Of a stretch of 64,000 bases of DNA, positions 1 through 7,597 are shown one piece after another. Under the pieces are notes generated by a model, which searched no databases, was not told where the DNA came from, and worked only from the letters and a program-made list of their open reading frames with translations. Made by a program: the position numbers and the translations under genes. The DNA comes from Bryobacterales bacterium (GTDB lineage: Bacteria > Acidobacteriota > Terriglobia > Bryobacterales > Bryobacteraceae), in assembly GCA_963836015.1 (NCBI GenBank), contig CAWIIF010000004.1:1025924-1089923 (forward strand), written 5' to 3'. Every line of letters starts with the position of its first letter. Positions within the stretch are counted from its first letter, which is position 1.

Positions 1-382
1 GGCGGGCCGTCAAGCGGCCTATGAGGGCATTGTCGGGCACGTCCAGATGGATCACGACCGGATCGGGTAAACCCCGCTCCTGGAGCAGTGATGAGAAATG
101 CCGCGCCTGCGGCACTGTCCGCGGGTATCCATCCAGAAGAAAGCCATTGGCGCAATCGGCACGCGCGATCCGGTTGCCTACGATCCCGTTGACGATTTCG
201 TCACCTACGAGCCCGCCCTTGGACAGGATCGTACAGGCTGCCTTGCCCAGTGGAGTGCCGGCTTTGCATTCTGCGCGAAACATCTCACCCGTAGATATGG
301 CTGGTATCTGAAGTCGCTCGGCAAGGAAGGCAGCTTGCGTACCTTTGCCGCAACCCGGCGGCCCAAACATAAGGATAATCAA
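1..382 (-). CDS. adk: adenylate kinase, N-terminal part only (C-terminus lies beyond the window start)
   Basis: Reverse-strand translation from TTG 382 (alternative ATG 370) reads LIILMFGPPGCGKGTQAAFLAERLQIPAISTGEMFR...GFLLDGYPRTVPQA. It carries the P-loop GPPGxGKGT and the LDGYPRT motif of Adk. A GGAGGA Shine-Dalgarno lies just upstream of 382. The frame is open to base 1, so it is absent from the ORF track. Confidence 0.85.
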   Translation of the reverse strand, partial: MIILMFGPPGCGKGTQAAFLAERLQIPAISTGEMFRAECKAGTPLGKAACTILSKGGLVGDEIVNGIVGNRIARADCANGFLLDGYPRTVPQARHFSSLLQERGLPDPVVIHLDVPDNALIGRLTAR

Positions 383-493
383 CACTTCCTCCGGTTACTC
401 CGCACTTCCCCGTGGTGTGCGGGTCTGAATGCCAGACTAGCTGGGTTTCAGGCCGGCCGTCAATCATAACAAATGGGATCTTTAGGGTAAGGA

Positions 494-1606
494 TTAGCTT
501 TTATTACAAATCCGGCCGTCGCGATCGAGGAGCAAACGGCTGCCGCGCCAGTCGACATTGTGCCCGAAAGCCCCGCCCAGCCATACCGCGAATCCGAACA
601 GGTCCCGTAGGGGGATCAGCCAGAAATCCCGTAGGGTTTTGCGATCGTTGAGGATCCCTGCGCCGACCACCACTCCGGCGATAACCCGAATGGCCAGGGC
701 GATCCCTCCCGCCCACCATTGCCGGCCGGCAAAGGCCACCAGCGACCAGAGGGTCGCCTGGGTGACGACGTAGCCGTAGTACCCGGAGGGCCGGGACACC
801 CGGATGGTCCGGGACCAGCGCAACTGATGGCGCCACGCCTGGGCCCAGCTTTCGGAGCCGAGGCCGGTTTCGACCACTACCGGGGCGAAGACCACGCGCA
901 GGCCGAGTCCGGTGATTCCGCGCCCGAGCTGGTAATCGTCCGCCACGTAGGAGGCGATGGCTTCGAATCCGCCGATCTGGCGCAGCGACTCCGCGCGGAA
1001 CACCATGGTCGAGCCGAGGGCGAACTCGGCGACGCCCAGGAGGCGGGCCACCAGGACACTGGGGGCAAACTCGGTGGCGATGCCCAGGGCTTCGGCGCGG
1101 GCAGCAGGCGAATCGGCGGCGGCGCGGTAGAGGCAGGTGACCAGGCCCACGCAGGGGTCCTCGAGCGGGGCGGTGACGGCCTGCAGGTACCCGGGCTCCA
1201 CCACGATATCGCTGTCGTTGACGAGCAGCAGCGGGTAGCGGGCGTGCTTCGCCAGTTCCGCCAGCACCCCGGCCTTGGTATTGGGCGCGCGGGTTTCGAC
1301 CGCGCGGACAGAGATCGGGAGGCCGGGGTATTCGCGACGCAATCGTTCGACATCCTCAAGCGCGGGGTCGGCGGGGTCGCTTACGCCGAAGAGAATTTCG
1401 AATTCTGGATAGCACTGGCGGGCGTGCGAGAGGATGGCCTCATAGAACCTGGGATCGCGCCCCCGCAGGGGCTTGAGAATGGACACGGGCCGAGGGCTGG
1501 GCGAAGGGGCCGCGGACCGGGTCCCTTTTTGCCAGCGCCAGGCGGCCACCAGGGCCAGAAGGTAGTAGCAGGCCGCCGCCAGCGCCGGAACTGCCCACCA
1601 GGTCAC
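494..1606 (-). CDS. hpnI: family-2 glycosyltransferase of the HpnI / ceramide-glucosyltransferase type
   Basis: The last ~370 aa of track ORF 494..1960 read VSILKPLRGRDP...LLLVNDSDIVV...ADDYQLG...WRHQLRWSRTIR, which fits the HpnI/GlcCer-synthase GT2 pattern. The Arg-rich first 118 aa of the track ORF are an out-of-frame shadow of the upstream gene. GTG 1606 overlaps the upstream stop as GTGA. Confidence 0.75.
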   Translation of the reverse strand: MTWWAVPALAAACYYLLALVAAWRWQKGTRSAAPSPSPRPVSILKPLRGRDPRFYEAILSHARQCYPEFEILFGVSDPADPALEDVERLRREYPGLPISVRAVETRAPNTKAGVLAELAKHARYPLLLVNDSDIVVEPGYLQAVTAPLEDPCVGLVTCLYRAAADSPAARAEALGIATEFAPSVLVARLLGVAEFALGSTMVFRAESLRQIGGFEAIASYVADDYQLGRGITGLGLRVVFAPVVVETGLGSESWAQAWRHQLRWSRTIRVSRPSGYYGYVVTQATLWSLVAFAGRQWWAGGIALAIRVIAGVVVGAGILNDRKTLRDFWLIPLRDLFGFAVWLGGAFGHNVDWRGSRLLLDRDGRICNKS

Positions 1607-1965
1607 AGGGAGACCAGCACCACGCCGCAGATCACCAGTGCGGCGCCCGCCCAGCGCAGCCAGTTGACCCGCTCTTTGAGAACGTACTTCGCCAGAACCG
1701 TCTCGAGGACGTAGGTGACGGCCGTGGCGGGCACCGCGAAGCTCAGCTCGCTGACGGTAAGCAGGCCCAGGTACGCGAAGAAGGAGACCGCCATGGCGGC
1801 CACCGATCCGATGACATAGCGGTTGCGCGCCAGCATGGCCATGGCCCGCCCGATCGCGCCCGGGCGAAAATCGTGGATCTCGCCGTGGTGGCGCATCCCC
1901 ATGGCCTGCAGGACTTCGCCGGCGGTGGTGGCCGCGACGATGACGGCGATCAGGATCCACCTCAC
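1603..1965 (-). CDS. small 4-TM EamA/DMT-like membrane protein (second of a pair)
   Basis: The last 120 aa of track ORF 1603..2349 read VRWILIAVIVAATTAGEVLQ...RWAGAALVICGVVLVSL. There are four hydrophobic segments and an EamA-like C-terminal W-x-G motif. GTG 1965 overlaps the upstream TGA (GTGA). Confidence 0.7.
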   Translation of the reverse strand: MRWILIAVIVAATTAGEVLQAMGMRHHGEIHDFRPGAIGRAMAMLARNRYVIGSVAAMAVSFFAYLGLLTVSELSFAVPATAVTYVLETVLAKYVLKERVNWLRWAGAALVICGVVLVSL

Positions 1966-2384
1966 GAGGCGCCGCCAGCGGGCTTCACGCGAGGCCTGTT
2001 GGTCTGCGGATGGCTGTAGGCTCCCACCAGGGCCACGCCGGCCATGATGAGCCCGATCCCGGCCCACCGCTGAGGGGTGATGTGCTCGTGGAGCAGCACC
2101 TTCCCGGCGAGGGCGACCAGGACGTATCCGATGGAAGTGACGGGCAGCACGTAGCTCAGGTCGGCCCAACTGAGCAGAGCCATGCGCGAGAGCATCCACA
2201 GGATCAGCAGTAGCACCCCGGCCGAGACCCAGGGCCGGAACAGCACCAGAATGTAATCCAGGGGTGTGGCCAACTCCGGCGGCATCCCGCGCTTTAGAAA
2301 GAAGTTTCCGAAAACGTTGCTCAGCACCACCACCGTGGCGCAGGTCCACGTCTTGACGCGCAGGCGCCCGGAATCGGAAGTCAT
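1962..2384 (-). CDS. small 4-TM EamA/DMT-like membrane protein (first of a pair)
   Basis: This 140-aa ORF has four hydrophobic segments (TVVVLSNVFGNFFL, AGVLLLILWML, VTSIGYVLVALAG, WAGIGLIMAGVALVG). It starts 7 nt after the hpnJ stop. Confidence 0.72.
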   Translation of the reverse strand: MTSDSGRLRVKTWTCATVVVLSNVFGNFFLKRGMPPELATPLDYILVLFRPWVSAGVLLLILWMLSRMALLSWADLSYVLPVTSIGYVLVALAGKVLLHEHITPQRWAGIGLIMAGVALVGAYSHPQTNRPRVKPAGGAS

Positions 2385-2391
2385 CCCGGCG

Positions 2392-3861
2392 TCAGTCGCC
2401 GCTGCCGGCGGGAGCGGGGGCGGTCTTGGCGGCCGCTTTGTGGTCGGCGACGAAGCGCTTGCGTTTGGCGCGCAGGGCCATGTATTCGCGCGCCTCCTTC
2501 ATGAGGCGGCGCCGGTCGTCGCCGTCGAACATGGCATTCTTTACGATGCGCCACACCACGCGCGGGCGGAAGAAGTACTCGCCGTAGAAGCGCTCCACCC
2601 ACTCCACCAGCTCACCGCGGTCGAGGCCGGGGTAGATGATGTTGGGAAGCTGGTGGCCGGTCTCATCGGTCATCGAGTCGATGGTGATGAGGTCGTTCTT
2701 TTTGACGTAATCGTAGAACTCGGTGCCGGGGTAGGGGTGGGCGATGGAGACCTGGATCGTTTCGGTGTCGAGGCGCTTGGCGAAATCGATGGTTTTGCGG
2801 ATGCTCTCGCGGGTCTCGCCGGGAAGCCCGATGATGAAATCGCCGTGCACCACCAGGCCGAGCTTCTTGCAGTTGGCGGTGAAGCGCTGCGCCATATCGA
2901 CGGTGGCGCCCTTCTTGATGTTCTTGAGGATCTGCGGGTCGCCCGATTCATACCCCACGATGAGCAGCCGGCAGCCGGCCTCCTTCATGGCCTTGAGGGT
3001 GTCGTAATCGGTGGTGACGCGCGATGTGCAGGACCAGGTGAAGTTCAGGGGCTTGAGCTTCTTGCACAGCTCGATGGTGCGCTCTTTGCGGTAGTTGAAG
3101 GTGTCGTCGTCGAAGAAGATTTCTTTGACGTTGGGGAACTGTTCGAGGGCGTACCGGACTTCGTTGGCCACATCGTCGTTGGACCGCAGCCGCCAGCGGT
3201 GGCCGGAGTGGGTCTGCGGCCAGAGGCAGAAGGTACACAGGGCGGGGCATCCGCGCGACGTGTAGAACGAAATGAACGGGTTGAGCAGGAACGGGACGTT
3301 ATAGCGCGTGACGTCGAGATCGCGCTTGTAGACCTTGGTGACCCAGGGCAGGGAATCGAGGTCCTCGATGGCCGGGCCTTCGGGGTTGTTGACGACCTGT
3401 CCGTTCTTGCGGAAGCTGACGCCGGGCAGCTCGGCCAGCGGTTTGCCCCTGGCGTAATCCGCGATCTGGTGATCGAACTCACGGCGCACCACGAAATCGA
3501 TGGCGCTGGTGCCGAGCAGGGTCTTGTCCGGCTCGGTGGTCACCGGAGGACCGACGAAGGCCACCTTCAGCTTGGGGTTCGAATCCTTCATCATCTCGGC
3601 CATTTTCACGTCGACGTGAAAGCCGGGCGTGGAGGTGTAGAGCACCAGCAGCTCGAAATCCCGGGCCATGGCCACGGTCTGCTCGATGGAGATTTTATGC
3701 GGCGGGGCATCCACCACTTTGCTGTCGGCCAGCATGCCGGCGGGGTAGCAGAGCCACACCGGATACCAGTACGATTCGATTTCGCGTGAAGCCGGCCAGC
3801 GCGAACTCGCGCCGCCGTCGAAGCCCTCGAAAGATGGGGGATTCAGAAACAGCGTTCTCAT
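2392..3861 (-). CDS. hpnJ: B12-binding radical SAM protein, hopanoid-associated HpnJ type
   Basis: This is a 489-aa ORF. The N-terminus MRTLFLNPPSFEGFDGGASSRWPASREIESYWYPVWL matches the remembered HpnJ N-terminal signature. A CxxxCxxC cluster (SRGCPALCTFCLWP) is present. Confidence 0.85.
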   Translation of the reverse strand: MRTLFLNPPSFEGFDGGASSRWPASREIESYWYPVWLCYPAGMLADSKVVDAPPHKISIEQTVAMARDFELLVLYTSTPGFHVDVKMAEMMKDSNPKLKVAFVGPPVTTEPDKTLLGTSAIDFVVRREFDHQIADYARGKPLAELPGVSFRKNGQVVNNPEGPAIEDLDSLPWVTKVYKRDLDVTRYNVPFLLNPFISFYTSRGCPALCTFCLWPQTHSGHRWRLRSNDDVANEVRYALEQFPNVKEIFFDDDTFNYRKERTIELCKKLKPLNFTWSCTSRVTTDYDTLKAMKEAGCRLLIVGYESGDPQILKNIKKGATVDMAQRFTANCKKLGLVVHGDFIIGLPGETRESIRKTIDFAKRLDTETIQVSIAHPYPGTEFYDYVKKNDLITIDSMTDETGHQLPNIIYPGLDRGELVEWVERFYGEYFFRPRVVWRIVKNAMFDGDDRRRLMKEAREYMALRAKRKRFVADHKAAAKTAPAPAGSGD

Positions 3862-3912
3862 GTGCTCTCCGATGCCGCGGACCTCCCCGGGGGGAAGCCC
3901 GGTTACGCCTGG

Positions 3913-4629
3913 CTACTGGCTGTCGTTATCTCCGAGCGCGGCGCGCTTCGAGGTGTCGATGGAGAAATTGCTGAAATCGATGGTCAGCTCCGCCTTGCCC
4001 ACCAGCCGCGTGTCCACTACGCTTTGTACCTGCAGGGGGACCGAGATTCCATCGCGAATCTCGTACTTCCGGACGAATGCCACCTTCTTGATAAGAATCG
4101 AGGGGCTTTTTACCAGGCGGCCGGACTCCTGGACCCGCAAATAGGTTGCGGAATCGATCCAAAGCTCGCCTTTGTAGAGGCCGGGCGCTTTCTTTTTCGG
4201 CGAAACTTCGAAAACGTGGGCCGGGCGGCCATCGAGCTCCCGTTCGCCTTTGTATTTGAATTTATAATTATCGGGCGTCACCGGCGGGGAAAGTGCCTGA
4301 TTTTTCTGGGATTCCGCCTCGGCCGAAAGGTAGCGGGCGATGACTTCCCGCTTGACCGTGTTATCGCCCTCGAATTTGAGGGCATCGTATGTAATCCTAC
4401 CGAGCGCGGAGATCCGCCGGAAAGCGTGCAGCCGCCCCTGCTTTTTGAGCCTGGGAATGGCGCCCGCGATCTCGACCTCCATCGACACCCCTTTGATCGA
4501 TTGTTCCTGTGTGCGTGACGCTGCACAATAATTCTGAACAATCGCCTCCGGAGGCTCGAGGGAGGACTCGGCAATCAGTGACAGGCTGGCAATTATGAAC
4601 AAAGATAGAGTGCGCAACGTCAAGTTCAC
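3913..4629 (-). CDS. LolA-like / outer-membrane lipoprotein-sorting-fold periplasmic protein
   Basis: Track ORF 3913..4719 is trimmed to GTG 4629, which gives a signal-like N-terminus VNLTLRTLSLFIIASLSLIAES. The body reads PDNYKFKYKGERELDGRPAHVFEVSPKKKAPGLYKGELWIDSATYLRVQESGRLVKSPS, which resembles the LolA_like/RseB-like family by motif recall only. Confidence 0.55.
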   Translation of the reverse strand: MNLTLRTLSLFIIASLSLIAESSLEPPEAIVQNYCAASRTQEQSIKGVSMEVEIAGAIPRLKKQGRLHAFRRISALGRITYDALKFEGDNTVKREVIARYLSAEAESQKNQALSPPVTPDNYKFKYKGERELDGRPAHVFEVSPKKKAPGLYKGELWIDSATYLRVQESGRLVKSPSILIKKVAFVRKYEIRDGISVPLQVQSVVDTRLVGKAELTIDFSNFSIDTSKRAALGDNDSQ

Positions 4630-4724
4630 CGACCCAGAATACAGAGATAACCTTAGAGTCTTTAGTCTAGCAGTAACAGGCTGTTGCGGGCAATTCGGGG
4701 GAGAGGGCTGAGCTGGCATTCCGG

Positions 4725-5378
4725 CTAGCGCATATAGAAAAGGCTGAGGCGGGGCAGGGACGATTTTTCGAGGAGGGCGCGCTCGAGGTATTGCTTTTCG
4801 AGCATGGCGAGCTGGTCAGCGGTCATCTTGCCGCGGTAGGGGCGGAGCTGGCGGTCGAGCTCCTGGCGGCCGGCGAGCATCTGCTCCTCGGTCTGGCGGG
4901 TACGGGCGGCGGCGATCATCCGCTCTTCGAGGACCGTCAGGCGCTGCTCGAGCTCTTCCAGGTTGCCGTAATGCTGCTCGATTTCAGCGGCCAGCTTGCG
5001 CAGGGAGGTGGCGATCTCCCCGTATTCCGGCGGCAGGGCGGAGGCGTTATTTTCCAGGTAGGCGCGCAGGTCCTCGAGCGGAAATGGCGGCGGGGTCTCC
5101 TTGCGGGGGGCGGCCGTGCCGGCCATGATCTTCGCTTCGGTGAGGACGGCCTGGGCACAGAAGGCCAGGGAGTTGACCATCTGGGTCTTCACCCGGCGGC
5201 TGCGCCATTTCTCGAAAGCCGCGTCGATGCCGCGCAGCACGGCTTCAAGCGGAACCTCGGAGTTTTTCCAGCTTTCGACCAAGGCCCAGTCGAGCGGAGA
5301 AAGCAGGAAGAGGCTGGTGCCGCGGGCGCGCTGGAAGTGCTCCTCGATTTCCGTGAAGTAGTTGAAATAGTTCAGCAA
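4725..5378 (-). CDS. conserved hypothetical protein (NYFNYFTEIEEHF family)
   Basis: Only the last ~217 aa of track ORF 4725..6029 look like real protein (LLNYFNYFTEIEEHFQRARGTSLFLLSPLDWALVESWK...). The upstream part is an Arg/His-rich shadow of coaX. TTG 5378 overlaps the coaX stop region. Function is unknown. Confidence 0.55.
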   Translation of the reverse strand: MLNYFNYFTEIEEHFQRARGTSLFLLSPLDWALVESWKNSEVPLEAVLRGIDAAFEKWRSRRVKTQMVNSLAFCAQAVLTEAKIMAGTAAPRKETPPPFPLEDLRAYLENNASALPPEYGEIATSLRKLAAEIEQHYGNLEELEQRLTVLEERMIAAARTRQTEEQMLAGRQELDRQLRPYRGKMTADQLAMLEKQYLERALLEKSSLPRLSLFYMR

Positions 5379-6142
5379 TGGTGATTGCGTTCCCAGATCA
5401 TTTGGAGGCCCTCGAGAGTCAGGTGCTCGTCGACGGTCTTGAGGAAGCGCGAGCCGGTGACGATCAGGGGGGCCTGGCCTCCGGTGGCGACGGTTTTGGT
5501 ATCCGGCCCCATAGTCTCGATCATCCGCTCGAGGATGCCGTCGATCATGCCGATGGCGCCGTAGTACAGGCCGGACCGCATGCTCGACACGGTGTTGGTG
5601 CCGATCACGCTCCGGGGAGGGCGGAAATCCACCAGCGGCAGGCGCGCGGTCTTGCTGAACAGAGCGTCGATGGCGATGCCGATCCCGACCGCGATGGCGC
5701 CGCCGAGGTATTCGGCGTCCTTCGAGATCACATCGAAGTTGATGGTGGTTCCGAGATCGACCACTACGCAGGGGCCGCCGTATTTCTGATAGCCGGCCAC
5801 GCCGTTCACCAGGCGGTCGGCGCCGACTTCGTAAGGGTTGTCGTAGCGGATGGTGAGGCCCAGATCGGTGTGGGGACCGACGAACATCGGCTCGATGTGG
5901 AAGTAGCGCTCGGCCATGAAGCGCAGGGTGGAGTTGATGGGCGGGACGACGCTCGAAATGATCATCCCGTCGACCGTGGCGATATCGAGGCCGGCCGGAG
6001 AGAACAGGTTGCGCAGCAGGATGCCCCACTCGTCGGCGGTCTGCTCCTGCACGGTGCGCAGCCGCCAGTGGCTCAACAGCCGGCGGCCTTCGAATGCTCC
6101 GATGGTGATGTTGCTGTTGCCTGCGTCAAGAGCCAGTAGCAC
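5372..6142 (-). CDS. coaX: type III pantothenate kinase
   Basis: This 256-aa ORF starts MLLALDAGNSNITIGAFEG and contains GADRLVN and DLGTTINFD motifs, which are typical of CoaX. Confidence 0.9.
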   Translation of the reverse strand: MLLALDAGNSNITIGAFEGRRLLSHWRLRTVQEQTADEWGILLRNLFSPAGLDIATVDGMIISSVVPPINSTLRFMAERYFHIEPMFVGPHTDLGLTIRYDNPYEVGADRLVNGVAGYQKYGGPCVVVDLGTTINFDVISKDAEYLGGAIAVGIGIAIDALFSKTARLPLVDFRPPRSVIGTNTVSSMRSGLYYGAIGMIDGILERMIETMGPDTKTVATGGQAPLIVTGSRFLKTVDEHLTLEGLQMIWERNHHC

Positions 6143-6806
6143 GTACTCCTCCTGCGAGAATCAGGGTTTCGGTTCCGTCGTCGCGGCGCACGATGAGGAA
6201 GCCTTCGGGGTTGAGGCCGGCGGTGGTGCCTTCGATGACGCCGTCGGGAAGATCCACGGCGACGCGGCGTCCGGCGGCGTAGCTCGACGCGCGGGCGAAG
6301 AGGCGGAGGATGGTCTCCGGGTCTTCGCCGGCCAGCGAGTCCACGGCCGGGACCAGCGCGGCCAGCAGGTCGTCACGCGGAATCTCGCGGCCAGTGTGAA
6401 TGCGCAGCGAGGTGGCGATGGCGGCCAGGTCGGGTGGAAACGCGGTCTGGTTGAGATTGATGCCGATCCCGGCGATGGCCTTGTCGCCGGCGATCTGTAC
6501 CAGGATGCCCGCGACTTTGCGGCCGTCGAGCATCAGATCGTTGGGCCAGCGGATGTCGCAGCGGACGCCTGCGACTTTCTCGATGGCTTCGACGGCGGCC
6601 AGGCCCAGGGCGAGGGTCAGCACGGGATTGGGCTTCAGGACCATCGAACAGTACAGGCCGGAGCCGGCGGGGGAATGCCACCCGTGGCCGTGGCGGCCCT
6701 GGCCGGCGGTCTGCTCGTCGGCAAGCACCACATCGCCGATGTCGAGATCGGCGGCCGCCCGCATGGTCGAGTCGATGGAAGCGAAGTGGAGCACCCGGCG
6801 GCTCAT
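6126..6806 (-). CDS. birA: biotin-[acetyl-CoA-carboxylase] ligase (no N-terminal HTH domain)
   Basis: The start is ATG 6806 inside track ORF 6126..7022. The sequence reads MSRRVLHFASIDSTMRAA...ADEQTAGQGRHGHGWHSPAGSGLY...RWPNDLMLDGRKVAGIL. ATGA overlaps the nadC stop. Confidence 0.85.
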   Translation of the reverse strand: MSRRVLHFASIDSTMRAAADLDIGDVVLADEQTAGQGRHGHGWHSPAGSGLYCSMVLKPNPVLTLALGLAAVEAIEKVAGVRCDIRWPNDLMLDGRKVAGILVQIAGDKAIAGIGINLNQTAFPPDLAAIATSLRIHTGREIPRDDLLAALVPAVDSLAGEDPETILRLFARASSYAAGRRVAVDLPDGVIEGTTAGLNPEGFLIVRRDDGTETLILAGGVRATGS

Positions 6807-7597
6807 GCCCACTCCAGCCGGAAGCTGATATCCATGGCGCGCGCCGAGTGCGTGATGGCGCCGGCAGAGACGAAATCGGCGCCGGTTTCGGCGTAAGCCC
6901 GGACGGTGGCGAGGGTGATGCCGCCGGAGAGTTCGACCCTGGCACGGCCGGCGATCTCGCGCACCCAATCGGCGGCTTCGGCGGGGGTGAGGTTGTCGAG
7001 CAGCAGGTGGGCGGCGCCGCAATCGAGCGCTTCGCGCAGCTCTTCCCGCGTGCGTACTTCGATCTCGATGGGCCGGCCGGCGGCGCGGGCCCGCCCGATG
7101 GCATTGCGGACGCCGCCGGCCGCCGCGATGTGATTGTTCTTGATCAGGATGGCGTCGTAGAGGCCCATCCTGTGGTTCGTGGCTCCGCCGGCCGCGGCGG
7201 CGGCCTTTTCGAGCGCCCGCATGCCGGGGGTGGTTTTGCGCGTATCGAGGACGCGGCAGCCGGTGCCGGCCACGGCTTCGGAGTAGCGGCGCGCCAGGGT
7301 GGCCACACCGCTCAGGCGCTGCAGGAAGTTCAGGGCAACGCGCTCGCGGGTGAGCAGGGTGCGGGCCGGGCCCTCGACCTCGGCAATCACTTCGCCTTCG
7401 GCGCAGGAATCGCCGTCGCGCTTGTGAAGGCCGGGCCGGTCGTAGAGCTCGCGCAGAAGCTCGAGGCCGGCGATGACGAGGGGCTCGCGCGCCAGGAAGC
7501 GGCCGCGCGCCATCTGCGACTCGGGGACGCAGGCTTCGGTGGTGAGGTCGCCGGAACCGATGTCTTCTTCGAGCGCGAGGCGCACGATATCGATCAT
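6803..7597 (-). CDS. nadC: nicotinate-nucleotide pyrophosphorylase (carboxylating)
   Basis: The last 264 aa of track ORF 6803..9073 read MIDIVRLALEEDIGSGDLTTEA...LDTRKTTPGMRALEKAA...DAILIKNNH...LDNLTP. ATG 7597 overlaps the valS TGA (ATGA). Confidence 0.9.
   Translation of the reverse strand: MIDIVRLALEEDIGSGDLTTEACVPESQMARGRFLAREPLVIAGLELLRELYDRPGLHKRDGDSCAEGEVIAEVEGPARTLLTRERVALNFLQRLSGVATLARRYSEAVAGTGCRVLDTRKTTPGMRALEKAAAAAGGATNHRMGLYDAILIKNNHIAAAGGVRNAIGRARAAGRPIEIEVRTREELREALDCGAAHLLLDNLTPAEAADWVREIAGRARVELSGGITLATVRAYAETGADFVSAGAITHSARAMDISFRLEWA

Noticed and set aside
494-1960. N-terminal extensions of track ORFs (494..1960, 1603..2349, 4725..6029, 6126..7022, 6803..9073, 30644..32431, 51494..53488, 52357..54549, 42838..44049, 56780..59986)
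   Set aside because: In each case the upstream portion is Arg/His/Pro/Gly-rich and overlaps the preceding real gene in another frame. The recognisable protein begins at an internal ATG/GTG/TTG, usually overlapping the upstream stop codon. Coordinates were trimmed accordingly.
2266-3789. 507-aa plus-strand ORF
   Set aside because: It is antisense to hpnJ (a clear radical-SAM protein), and its composition is a low-complexity G/A/V/D/E shadow.
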